64,000 nt of DNA from Flavobacterium sp. (GCF_039932285.1 NZ_JBDTQE010000006.1:1582-65581), one strand, 5' to 3'; shown: positions 19,608-28,752, counted from the first letter of the stretch. Notes: generated by a model not told the origin, from the letters alone. A program made the numbers and translations.

Positions 19608-20399
19608 ATGGCAATAAACACAAAGGATATATTAATAAACAACACCATTTATTCTAATTTTCAGGACTTTAATAAAGTTTATAATGTAGAAATTACCATT
19701 AAAAGCGATGACGAAAATATAAACATAATTACTTATAAATCGTATGTTTCTTATTTTAAAGAGATTACAAATTCTTATTTTTTGGTTCAAGTAATTATAA
19801 AAGATTTTTTGCTTAATTTTAATGAACCAGATTCGGCTATGGAAAAACTAGCATTAAGATGTAGAGAAGCAATTGAAAAATGTATTTTTAGAGTAAGCAG
19901 TAAAAACGAAATTTTAGATATTGACAACCATTCAGAAATTCTTGGAGCTTGGCAAAAAATAAAAGAACAATTAAGACAAGAAAATGAAGGACAAACATTT
20001 GAAAAGTATATTTATTTATTTGAAAACAGTATAAAAAACAAAGATACTTTACTATTAAGAATCAAGAAAAATCTATTCATTAACCAGTATTTTTTTCCTA
20101 TTTTTGAAGAATACTATCACGGATTAAAGAAAAAAAATATTGAAGAATTTAATTTTTTCAATCTTGATTATAAAGAAGAAGTACTTTTAGAAATTGAAAA
20201 TGAAGGAAAATTCGACAAAGAGAGGAAAGTTACAATTTCAAAAAAAATAATTAGAACAGAAAGTAATACAGAACAAATTCCAATAGAGGAATATGAAGCA
20301 CAATATATTTTAGACAATGATTTATCGTTAGAAAAAATACAAGGAAAATTTTCAAATAACGGAATGAATTATTCTTACACTATAGAAAATGAAGTATAA
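19608..20399 (+). CDS. Hypothetical cytoplasmic protein upstream of the PAAR-like gene (candidate adaptor)
   Basis: 263-aa ORF with no signal peptide and no family recognised. Confidence 0.6.
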   Translation: MAINTKDILINNTIYSNFQDFNKVYNVEITIKSDDENINIITYKSYVSYFKEITNSYFLVQVIIKDFLLNFNEPDSAMEKLALRCREAIEKCIFRVSSKNEILDIDNHSEILGAWQKIKEQLRQENEGQTFEKYIYLFENSIKNKDTLLLRIKKNLFINQYFFPIFEEYYHGLKKKNIEEFNFFNLDYKEEVLLEIENEGKFDKERKVTISKKIIRTESNTEQIPIEEYEAQYILDNDLSLEKIQGKFSNNGMNYSYTIENEV

Positions 20400-20444
20400 A
20401 ATAATGAAGCAATTCATTTCAGTTGCTAAAATAAAATAAAAGAA

Positions 20445-20921
20445 ATGGCAGAAAAACATATAGTGTGCCACGGAGCAATTTGCATGTGCAATTTTGGTGC
20501 AACACCAGACAAGTTAGTGGTAAAGTCCCATAAGAAGGAATTTATCAATGATAAGAACGGGAGCAAAAAATTAATTGCTTCAGACAAAGAACTTGGACCA
20601 ACCTTCGAGAAAAACACCTTTGGACCCTGTCAGAAACAACCTATGGGCAATAGTTACAAACCTTGCCAGGCGGTAGTAACAAAGTGGAGCGGATTTTATG
20701 AAAAAGTAATCCTTGAAAACAAAGGGAAAATACTATTAGAAGATGCAAAAGCAACCTGTCCAATAGGTGGTTCAGATTGTATAAAAATTACTTTTCACGG
20801 ACAAGTAAATGCACCAGAGGCAAGTAGCGCAAAAAATGCCAACCCAGAAATTATGTCAGCACTTAATCCAATGGTCGATATGGAGGAATTTGAAGACCAA
20901 GACGCACCTTATTACAGTTAA
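20445..20921 (+). CDS. DUF4280 PAAR-like spike tip protein
   Basis: VCHGAICMCNFG, FGPCQKQ, KPCQAVVTKW and ATCPIGG Cys pattern of DUF4280. Confidence 0.88.
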   Translation: MAEKHIVCHGAICMCNFGATPDKLVVKSHKKEFINDKNGSKKLIASDKELGPTFEKNTFGPCQKQPMGNSYKPCQAVVTKWSGFYEKVILENKGKILLEDAKATCPIGGSDCIKITFHGQVNAPEASSAKNANPEIMSALNPMVDMEEFEDQDAPYYS

Positions 20922-20923
20922 TT

Positions 20924-23590
20924 ATGAAAGGAATAGCAAAAATTAAAGGTCCTAAAAACCCTATCGTTGGGAAAGATGCTGTTTATGAAGTAGTAGAGTT
21001 TCATAAAGGAACCGTAGTCGTGAATCCAAATACTATAAAGTGGAAAATTTTTAAGAAAAAAGACAATCATTGGGTTGAGGCCAAAGGAAATGAAAAAACA
21101 GGAAAAAAAGTAACATTTAACTTTTCCCAACATTCTTACGGTAAGGACGTATTAGTAGAAGCTTATTTATTTGAGCCTGAAATAAAATCACCTCCAGGAA
21201 TGATTGTAAAACCAGTAATGGGCGAAAGAAAACTACTCAAAGTAGAGATCAAAAATGCCGATGGTGGTGCATTAACTAAGAAGCCCAAGTATGGCGAAAG
21301 CATCATGGTGCAAGCCACTACCGAAAACATGTTAGGCGAAAACCTAAAAATGAGCATATGGGAACGCGACACACTTACAGACGAAGGTCACGATCCTAAG
21401 GGAAATACAAAATTATGGGATGGTAATGTCAAAATTAAAAATGATGGGATTGCCAAAGAAAAAGTAGTTTTAACACCAGGTATGGCAATGTTAGCCAATA
21501 AAAGTTTGATGGAAGGCGGCGAGCACGAGTACTACTTATTAGTAGAAGCCGAAAAAAAAGCCAAAATATCAAATACGGTTGCAGTACAAAATACGGAGAT
21601 AGTATTAAGTCCTAATGTTCCTAAAAAATCTGTTCCAGCACCAACACCAAAACCACAAGAACCTTCAATGCTTGAGCAAATTGAGCTAAAAATTAAAGAT
21701 CTTATAGGTTGGGACAGTAAACCACCAGGAGGGAATAATAAAGCAGTTGTTGAGGATGGAAAAACCCCTAAGGTAGAAGGTATTATTACTGCCTATTTTG
21801 CTAAGGAAGAATTTACAAAAGAAGGTTCAGAAACTGCGGGGCAATATAAATACAAATTTCAAAGTAGTAATACTAATATTGACAAAGACAAGGTAGCAGG
21901 AATCATTAAAAAAAGGGTTGATATAGATGTAAAAGTTGATAAAAAGTATTCCAAACATGAGGATATTAAAAATGCACTAACAATAACTACATACAAAAAA
22001 GGAGATTTTATTTCTTTTAATTTATATAAATTAGAAGCTAATTTTGTAAAAATAACAAATGCTCCTTTAGAAGAAGTGTTATACGTTGTCGTAAATACAT
22101 ATTTATTAGATGGAAAAGAAGTTACTATTGAAATAAAAGAAAAAGAAGTAATTTTGGTTGGTGCTGATGCAAATTTACCTGTGTTAGAAGGAAAAGAAAA
22201 TGGAAGTGAAATTACAATATTGAAAACAAAAGTAGAAAAAGGAATTGCCAAAGTAAAAATAAAAATTCGCCCTAAGACAGATGAAACATTAGCTACTTGG
22301 AAAGAAAAACTAACTGGAATAAAAGACGGAACCTACAAGTATAAATTTGTCAATAATAATACCACTACTACATCTGAACAAAAGAAAATTGCAGCTAATG
22401 CTATTGCTAATAAAATAAAAGACACACTTGCTGGAAAGAAAAAATTTACAAAAGTAGATGCTATTGAAAAATCTTTAACAAAGTCAGTATATAACAAAGA
22501 CGAGGAAATTACTTTTGATGTATATAAAAGTGTTATAGGAAATCTATGGTTAAACGCGGAATGTCAAGGTGACACTAAAAAGCATAAAGGAGAGTTTTTG
22601 AAAAGGGATGGAGAGTATTTTGTGATTGGTCAAAAGTGTGAATGCGAAGCAAGAATAAAAGCTTTTATGAGAATGTTACGTATTGGAGAAGGAACAGAAG
22701 GAGATGGAGGTTACACAACTCAATATAGCGGAACACAATTTAGCGATATGAGCAAGCATCCTGAAAATGTTATTACAGCTGGCAACTATTCGTCTTCTGC
22801 TGCAGGAGCTTATCAAATCATGAGGTATACATGGTGGTGGTTAGGTGGGGAAAAATTGACTGAAAACAATACAAAAGCTGGTGTTTATGAAGAAAATCAT
22901 GATTATATTAAAAAGTATAGCATTCCTGATTTTACTCAAGAATCTCAAGACAAATTATGCGTCATTATATTAAAGCATAAAAGACCAGGAAGTATTGAGT
23001 TAATAACGTCTAATAAAACGAAGGAAGCATTAGAAAAATATGGTAGTTATGAATGGGCTAGTTTGCCACCAGGTAGATATGGACAGCCAGCACAAACAAT
23101 GGAAAATGCCTTGTCTAAATATGAAAAATTTTTAAAAGAAGAATTAGAAGGAAAAACGAATTTATATTTAAAAAATGGATTTGCCAAAGAATTTAATATT
23201 GTTTGTAATTGTAAAAAAGCATCAGCAAAGACAGGATATGATATAGATGCAGCAGTAACGTATATTGAATCTCATGCAGAGGCTAGTTCAACTTCTGCTT
23301 GTGCAAAATATGTTAGACAGGCTGTTGAAGCTGGAGGACTTACGTCAAATGCTTCACCAAGAAATGCACTAAACTATTTTACAATTCTAAAAGATTTAGG
23401 TTTTACGGAACTTCAAACAACTAGCTATATAAAAGGAGATATTGTAGTTTTTGACGGAGTCGAAGGTCATCAATACGGACACATTGCTATGTGGACAGGT
23501 ACGCAATGGATTTCTGATTTTAAACAAAATAGTATAATCGTAAACACCGCATACAATAATGGTCAAAGTTCAATTTTTAGATGGCAATAA
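20924..23590 (+). CDS. T6SS peptidoglycan effector: lambda-lysozyme-like (GH104) domain plus C-terminal NlpC/P60-CHAP-like amidase
   Basis: LRIGEGT, SSAAGAYQ, DFTQESQD and EWASLP..YGQ match lambda R lysozyme motifs. CAKYVRQA, GDIVVF, YGHIAM and WISDFKQ form a Cys/His amidase. Confidence 0.8.
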   Translation: MKGIAKIKGPKNPIVGKDAVYEVVEFHKGTVVVNPNTIKWKIFKKKDNHWVEAKGNEKTGKKVTFNFSQHSYGKDVLVEAYLFEPEIKSPPGMIVKPVMGERKLLKVEIKNADGGALTKKPKYGESIMVQATTENMLGENLKMSIWERDTLTDEGHDPKGNTKLWDGNVKIKNDGIAKEKVVLTPGMAMLANKSLMEGGEHEYYLLVEAEKKAKISNTVAVQNTEIVLSPNVPKKSVPAPTPKPQEPSMLEQIELKIKDLIGWDSKPPGGNNKAVVEDGKTPKVEGIITAYFAKEEFTKEGSETAGQYKYKFQSSNTNIDKDKVAGIIKKRVDIDVKVDKKYSKHEDIKNALTITTYKKGDFISFNLYKLEANFVKITNAPLEEVLYVVVNTYLLDGKEVTIEIKEKEVILVGADANLPVLEGKENGSEITILKTKVEKGIAKVKIKIRPKTDETLATWKEKLTGIKDGTYKYKFVNNNTTTTSEQKKIAANAIANKIKDTLAGKKKFTKVDAIEKSLTKSVYNKDEEITFDVYKSVIGNLWLNAECQGDTKKHKGEFLKRDGEYFVIGQKCECEARIKAFMRMLRIGEGTEGDGGYTTQYSGTQFSDMSKHPENVITAGNYSSSAAGAYQIMRYTWWWLGGEKLTENNTKAGVYEENHDYIKKYSIPDFTQESQDKLCVIILKHKRPGSIELITSNKTKEALEKYGSYEWASLPPGRYGQPAQTMENALSKYEKFLKEELEGKTNLYLKNGFAKEFNIVCNCKKASAKTGYDIDAAVTYIESHAEASSTSACAKYVRQAVEAGGLTSNASPRNALNYFTILKDLGFTELQTTSYIKGDIVVFDGVEGHQYGHIAMWTGTQWISDFKQNSIIVNTAYNNGQSSIFRWQ

Positions 23591-23599
23591 ACAATAATT

Positions 23600-24484
23600 A
23601 TGAAAAAAGCAGCACTATTTTTATTTATAATAATAACACAATCTTGTTTTAAAAAAACAGATAACGTAGTTAAAACAGATGATCAAGTTTTAAAAGCAAC
23701 TACAAATGCTATTGAATTGGTTGAAGTTAGTGATTCAGTAGCTAAAGATTTGAAATCTTTTTATACATCATACATTTCAGAAAACGCCAAAAATGTGGTA
23801 GATAGAAGCTTTTTAAAAGAGTTAAAAAATAAATATGTAACACAAAGTTTTTTAAACAAACTTCAAAAATTAGAATTAGATTATGATCCTTTCGTTAATG
23901 CACAAGATTATAATTCCGAATGGATAAAAAATTTAGGAATAATTAAAGATAATTCAAAAGAAAATACCTATAACGTAATTATTACAGATAATGGTGTAAG
24001 AACTAATATTTTATTAGTTCTTAAAAAAGAACAAAATCAGTATAAAATTGACGATATAGCTAATTTGCCTAATAATACAATTGTTGCTGATAAAATCGAA
24101 AATTACTCGCAAGAAGAAGTTACTGGTATATGGAAGACAGTTTGTCAAGCTAATAAAACTGCTTTATTAGCTAATGATTCTTCACATGGTTATCTTGATG
24201 TTTATATTAATAATGATTATGCTAGAGTTGCTGTAGAAATAGTCAATAATACTGATGTAAAATACTCTGTTCTTACTGGTATCACTAGATACAATAAGTT
24301 TGTTAATTGGCTTTATATATCAAATGACAGTATAGTTTGTAAAGTTAAAAGAACAAATGAAAATGAACTTGAATTAGAATGGCTAGGTTTCTATAACAAG
24401 AAAACCAAAAAGAGAGAAATGGTCAAAAATCCATTTAATAATGAGATTAAAACTAATTTAGTTGAATTAAGAAAATGTCAATAA
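23600..24484 (+). CDS. Immunity lipoprotein with a DUF3828-like N-terminal domain and a second beta domain
   Basis: Lipobox ITQSC; FYTSY...KYVT...LDYDPFVNAQD is typical of DUF3828; directly after the effector. Confidence 0.7.
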   Translation: MKKAALFLFIIITQSCFKKTDNVVKTDDQVLKATTNAIELVEVSDSVAKDLKSFYTSYISENAKNVVDRSFLKELKNKYVTQSFLNKLQKLELDYDPFVNAQDYNSEWIKNLGIIKDNSKENTYNVIITDNGVRTNILLVLKKEQNQYKIDDIANLPNNTIVADKIENYSQEEVTGIWKTVCQANKTALLANDSSHGYLDVYINNDYARVAVEIVNNTDVKYSVLTGITRYNKFVNWLYISNDSIVCKVKRTNENELELEWLGFYNKKTKKREMVKNPFNNEIKTNLVELRKCQ

Positions 24485-24494
24485 ATTAGTATAG

Positions 24495-24700
24495 AGATAC
24501 ACTTATTTATTATTTGCAATCTTTTTTAACTATCAGCATAAATAGCAATAAAAACATGACTAATGATAAATGACATGTCCTTATTGCTATTAAACACAGT
24601 AGTTTCTTTCAATTCTCAGGTTAATGAAAAAAGATTATATTTGAGAATTGATTCAAGTAAAACAACAATAAAGTTAATTTGTGATTATGAAGAAGAATAA
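24495..24700 (+). pseudogene. Decayed lipoprotein 5' remnants, copy 1 of a ~200-bp degenerate duplication
   Basis: TTATTGCTATTAAACACAGTAGTTTCTTTCAATTCTCAGGTTAAT...GTAAAACAACAA aligns with 25636-25749; frameshifts and stops are present. Confidence 0.65.
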
Positions 24701-24703
24701 CAA

Positions 24704-25525
24704 ATGAAAAATAATTTTTTAATATACATATTAATTTTACTTTTTTTTAGTTGCAAACAATCAAATCAAGAGTTAGATAATGCTTCAATTAAGGGAAATG
24801 ATAGTTTAAAAATTGATTCTTTAAAAATAATATCTGATACGAATATAACTTTACCAAAAAACAGTGAAAAATCTTTTACTTTTGAATGTGGTTCAGGTTG
24901 CGCTATGACCTATGATGAAATTTCTAGAAAGAAAAATAAAGGAAGTTATGAATTAAAATATAAAGTGACCCAGTATGTTAATGAAAAAATTGAAGATGAA
25001 TATTTTGAAACTTATGTTTTTGAACAAAATATTAATGGAAGGTTAGAAAGCATTCATTTGTTAGGTAAAGATGAAAATATTTTATTGGACGAAAGTTCAT
25101 TAATTAAAAATAAATTCAAAGAAATAGGGAGTATTTTTTTTAGAGATGATAATTTAGATACGTCACAGCAAAGCACAATTAAATTTGTTGTAGAAGAAAA
25201 ACCATACAAGTTACTTGAAGTTCCTTTTGATTTAAAAAAGTATATTGACAATTTACCACAAAAAATTAAGAATTCCTATAATCCATCAAATGGTTTGATA
25301 GATTATTTAGTGAAAAATGGTTATGAAGGGGAAAATTATAGTTGTAATTTTTTAAAAATATCAGAAAAATCTTCGGACTTATTGGTTTCTATTTCTAGAG
25401 GAGATTCCCAATATTTTTTAATTATAAAATCTGATAACACCAAATTCTTATCTTATAAGGAGATTGGAAGCATTGGAGAGGAGACTAAATATTTTAGAAT
25501 AGATAATAATTACGATGTCAAATAA
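24704..25525 (+). CDS. Orphan immunity-like lipoprotein, probably C-terminally truncated
   Basis: Lipobox FFSC. The end YFLIIK...YFRIDNNYDVK* aligns with YFLVTI...SFTIDEDYTI of 27600-28205 but stops earlier. Confidence 0.65.
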   Translation: MKNNFLIYILILLFFSCKQSNQELDNASIKGNDSLKIDSLKIISDTNITLPKNSEKSFTFECGSGCAMTYDEISRKKNKGSYELKYKVTQYVNEKIEDEYFETYVFEQNINGRLESIHLLGKDENILLDESSLIKNKFKEIGSIFFRDDNLDTSQQSTIKFVVEEKPYKLLEVPFDLKKYIDNLPQKIKNSYNPSNGLIDYLVKNGYEGENYSCNFLKISEKSSDLLVSISRGDSQYFLIIKSDNTKFLSYKEIGSIGEETKYFRIDNNYDVK

Positions 25526-25528
25526 AAC

Positions 25529-25750
25529 ATGAGATATATTAACTGCAATCTTAATTTTAACTATAAGTACAAATAGTTTTAAAAACGCGACTAACGAGAA
25601 TGAATTAAGCACACATGAGAAAGTTAATATGCGCATTATTGCTATTAAATATAGTAATTTCTTGCAATTCACAGGTTAATAAAAAGATTATATTGGAGAA
25701 TGGATAGAAGTAAAACAACAAAAAAATGAATTTGTGGTTATGAAGGAGAA
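25529..25750 (+). pseudogene. Decayed lipoprotein 5' remnants, copy 2
   Basis: The ATG at 25615 reads MRKLICALLLLNIVISCNSQVNKK (lipobox VISC), then a frameshift in the A-run leads into DYIGEWIEV. Confidence 0.65.
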
Positions 25751-25835
25751 ATTTTGAAAGTTTCTGATTATTCAATTTTTGAGCACGGAGTGATGGAGAA
25801 TTCAAATTAATTAATAACAATTATAAATTTACTCT

Positions 25836-26771
25836 ATGTACAAACTTAATTATAAATTCCTAGGAATTTTTACGCTCTTTATCTTAATAATCTCGTGTAA
25901 AAATGATTCAGCATCAATTGTTAACAGTCAAATTGATGGTAATATAGAAAGTAAAGAGGTAGCTTCTGTTTCATTAGGAGACTCATTAATTTCTCAGTCA
26001 GATTTTGTAAATAAAATTAATTCAAACATTGATTTTAAGGAAAAAAGAGCTACGATATCAAAAATAAAATATGATTTCAACAAATATACCTCCTGGACAG
26101 ACAATACAACAGAAGAAAAACAGCTTGAGGATATTGGTTTAAAATTTAAAAAGGAGAGCCAGATTAAAAATGATGCTGATATTTATATTAATATAGGACT
26201 TATTGTTAGTAAAAATAATAAGCAAACAGATAAACTTACCGTTTACAAACAAGAAAATTATGCGGAAGCATTGGTTGCGGTTAGTCAATACTTTTATGTA
26301 GATGGTAATTTAAATTTATGGACATTAGGAATAGAAGAAGATGAAGAAGGAATATATGTTAAATCTTGGAATCAATACAAAATTGAAAAAGAAACTGGAA
26401 AAATTAAACTAGTAAAAGAAAATATAAAGGTTAAAAAAGAGGTTGCAACTGAGACAAGTAATAATTGGACTGGCAAATATTTTTTCGAAAAAACAAATAG
26501 AGATGAATTGAAAACCAGCTTTAACATCACAATAAATGATTTAAATTTAATATCACTAATTTATATTAGTGATGATGAAAAACCTGAAACATATAAAAAT
26601 CTTAAAGCTGAAAAACTTGATGATGATAAAATAAAAATTACTTTTAATAAAAAGTATAGAGACATGGGTATTATATATATACAAAAATCTGAAAATGATT
26701 ATATAATTTCAGGAGACGCCATATCAAACATCAATCCGGGTAATGATGAGTACCCTTTGAAAAGAATATAA
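25836..26771 (+). CDS. Orphan immunity-like lipoprotein (two domains)
   Basis: Lipobox IISC; C-terminal domain begins WTGKYFFE. Confidence 0.65.
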   Translation: MYKLNYKFLGIFTLFILIISCKNDSASIVNSQIDGNIESKEVASVSLGDSLISQSDFVNKINSNIDFKEKRATISKIKYDFNKYTSWTDNTTEEKQLEDIGLKFKKESQIKNDADIYINIGLIVSKNNKQTDKLTVYKQENYAEALVAVSQYFYVDGNLNLWTLGIEEDEEGIYVKSWNQYKIEKETGKIKLVKENIKVKKEVATETSNNWTGKYFFEKTNRDELKTSFNITINDLNLISLIYISDDEKPETYKNLKAEKLDDDKIKITFNKKYRDMGIIYIQKSENDYIISGDAISNINPGNDEYPLKRI

Positions 26772-26820
26772 ATAAGATAATCTATTATAAGTGTGATAAT
26801 AGGATTAGTACAAAATAACC

Positions 26821-27591
26821 ATGATTAAAATATTTAACTTGTTAATTCTAGGTTTATTTTTTATATGTAGCAAAAACAAAACTACTGTAGATAATGATAA
26901 AATAAATTTAGTGAATCTCAAAATTGAGAATACCATAAATAAAGATTTTAATGGTATTTGGAATTATGAATTTAATTCTGATGAAAATGAATTACTTAAT
27001 AAAACTTTTGAGTTGAAATTAATAACTGAAAAAGATATTATTAAAGCTCAGTATTGTGCTATAACTAAAGGGGGTCGTAAAATTGATTGTAACGACAAGG
27101 TAGTTTATAACATAAATGGTAATATAAAAAACAATATTGCTTATGTAGATTTCAAAGGTTTTTTTGACATTAAAGCAAAGGGAAAAGCAAAAATTTATTA
27201 TGAAGGGAACAATCTAATATGGGAAATAATTAGTGTAGAAGGCGAAATTTTTGCTCCTAAAAAAGCTATTTTAAATCCTGTCAAATCAAGTGAAAATACT
27301 ATCGAAGGTTTATATGTTTTAAAAACATGTGAAGGCTCAAGGTTTAAAATAAAAATCATTAAAAAAGATAACGCTTTCGAGTATTCTATTTTAGATCAAA
27401 AAAAATCAATAAGTAAAGGATTAGTTAAAATTGAAAAGGATAAAAATAAAACGTATTTAACTTTTGGGAAAATACAAGGAATATATGATGATGCAAATAA
27501 GATACAGATTCAAAATTATGGCAATTCTATGAATGAGTATGCACACTTTACTCAATGTGATGAAAAGTATCTGTCTTTTATTAAACAATAA
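26821..27591 (+). CDS. Orphan immunity-like lipoprotein (two GxW/GxY-initiated beta domains)
   Basis: Lipobox-like FFIC; domains begin FNGIWNY and IEGLYVL; paired cysteines. Confidence 0.6.
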   Translation: MIKIFNLLILGLFFICSKNKTTVDNDKINLVNLKIENTINKDFNGIWNYEFNSDENELLNKTFELKLITEKDIIKAQYCAITKGGRKIDCNDKVVYNINGNIKNNIAYVDFKGFFDIKAKGKAKIYYEGNNLIWEIISVEGEIFAPKKAILNPVKSSENTIEGLYVLKTCEGSRFKIKIIKKDNAFEYSILDQKKSISKGLVKIEKDKNKTYLTFGKIQGIYDDANKIQIQNYGNSMNEYAHFTQCDEKYLSFIKQ

Positions 27592-27599
27592 AATTAAAA

Positions 27600-28205
27600 A
27601 TGAAACACTTAAAAAGTAAACTTATATTAATATTTTTGATATTAATTACTGTTACAACTAGTTGTAAAAATAATGACACTAAATCAGAGGATACAAAAAC
27701 AACAAAGACGGATGATAGTAAGATAAAATTCGAAATAATTAAAGGTACTAAGGATACTTTACAAAAAGATAATTGTATCATTGAAAGTAATTTTTTACTC
27801 CCTTACGCAAAAAAAACAGACATAAAAAAAGTTGCCTATAATAATTTGAAGTGCAATATACGTGGTGTTGAAGAGTTATTATGTGGAGAAAAAAATCTGC
27901 GATATATATCTTTGCCAAGTTTTAAAAATATAAAAGTAATTCTTGTACCTATGGATTGTGGGGATTTTAATTATCGTTATTTTTTAGTTACTATATTTCA
28001 AAATAAAGTAGTTTCAAAGCAATATGTTGAAGGGGAATGGTACGAACCTGGTGATGATAGCTATAAAGAAGTTACTAGTTTTACAATAGATGAAGATTAT
28101 ACAATCACAATTACAACAAATGCTATTGAAAGTGGTCAAAGTTCTATAAAAGAAAATTTAAGGTTTGAGATTTTTGAGCATGGTGTTTTGAAAAGAATTA
28201 ATTAA
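27600..28205 (+). CDS. Orphan immunity-like lipoprotein
   Basis: Lipobox TTSC; last intact gene of the array. Confidence 0.65.
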   Translation: MKHLKSKLILIFLILITVTTSCKNNDTKSEDTKTTKTDDSKIKFEIIKGTKDTLQKDNCIIESNFLLPYAKKTDIKKVAYNNLKCNIRGVEELLCGEKNLRYISLPSFKNIKVILVPMDCGDFNYRYFLVTIFQNKVVSKQYVEGEWYEPGDDSYKEVTSFTIDEDYTITITTNAIESGQSSIKENLRFEIFEHGVLKRIN

Positions 28206-28229
28206 TCTATGAATATGTTTAAATAACTC

Positions 28230-28260
28230 AAAACGGTCTAAACAACCGTTTTTTTTCTTT
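28230..28260 (+). terminator. Rho-independent terminator of the T6SS effector arm
   Basis: AAAACGGT-ctaaaca-ACCGTTTT followed by a T-run. Confidence 0.75.
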
Positions 28261-28294
28261 GAAATTTTCTAGAATAAGATAAAAGTACAATAGT

Positions 28295-28731
28295 AGCAGG
28301 AATGACAATTTTAGTCAATAAAAGTTTGATGGAAGGCGGCGAGCATGAATACTACCTACTAGTAGAAGCCGACAAAAAATCTAAAATATCAAACACGGTT
28401 GCAGTGTAAAATAAGGAAATAGTATTAGATCCTAATGCCCCTAAAAAAATCTGCACCATCACCAAAACCAAAAAAACCTCTAATACTCGAGTAAATTCGG
28501 CCAAAAATAAAAGGACTTGTAGGTTGAAACAAAGTAACTTTGGTGGGACTAGAGAAGCGATTCTAGATGATAGGAGAATTCCTAAGTTATAATGATTGTT
28601 GTGGACTATTTGCTAAGGAAGAATTTAAAAAAAAAGACTCTGAAACTACTGAGCAATACAAATGTAAATTTCAAGATAACAATACCACTATTGATAACTA
28701 TAAGGGAGCAAGGATCATTAAAAAAAGGTTA
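28295..28731 (+). pseudogene. Degenerate ~440-bp copy of an internal part of the 888-aa effector gene (about 21475-21920)
   Basis: AATAAAAGTTTGATGGAAGGCGGCGAGCA...GTAGAAGCCGA...ATCATTAAAAAAAGG are collinear with the effector gene; CAA->TAA and TGG->TGA stops plus an extra A. Confidence 0.85.
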
Positions 28732-28752
28732 ATTTTTTATTTTCTAGAAAAT

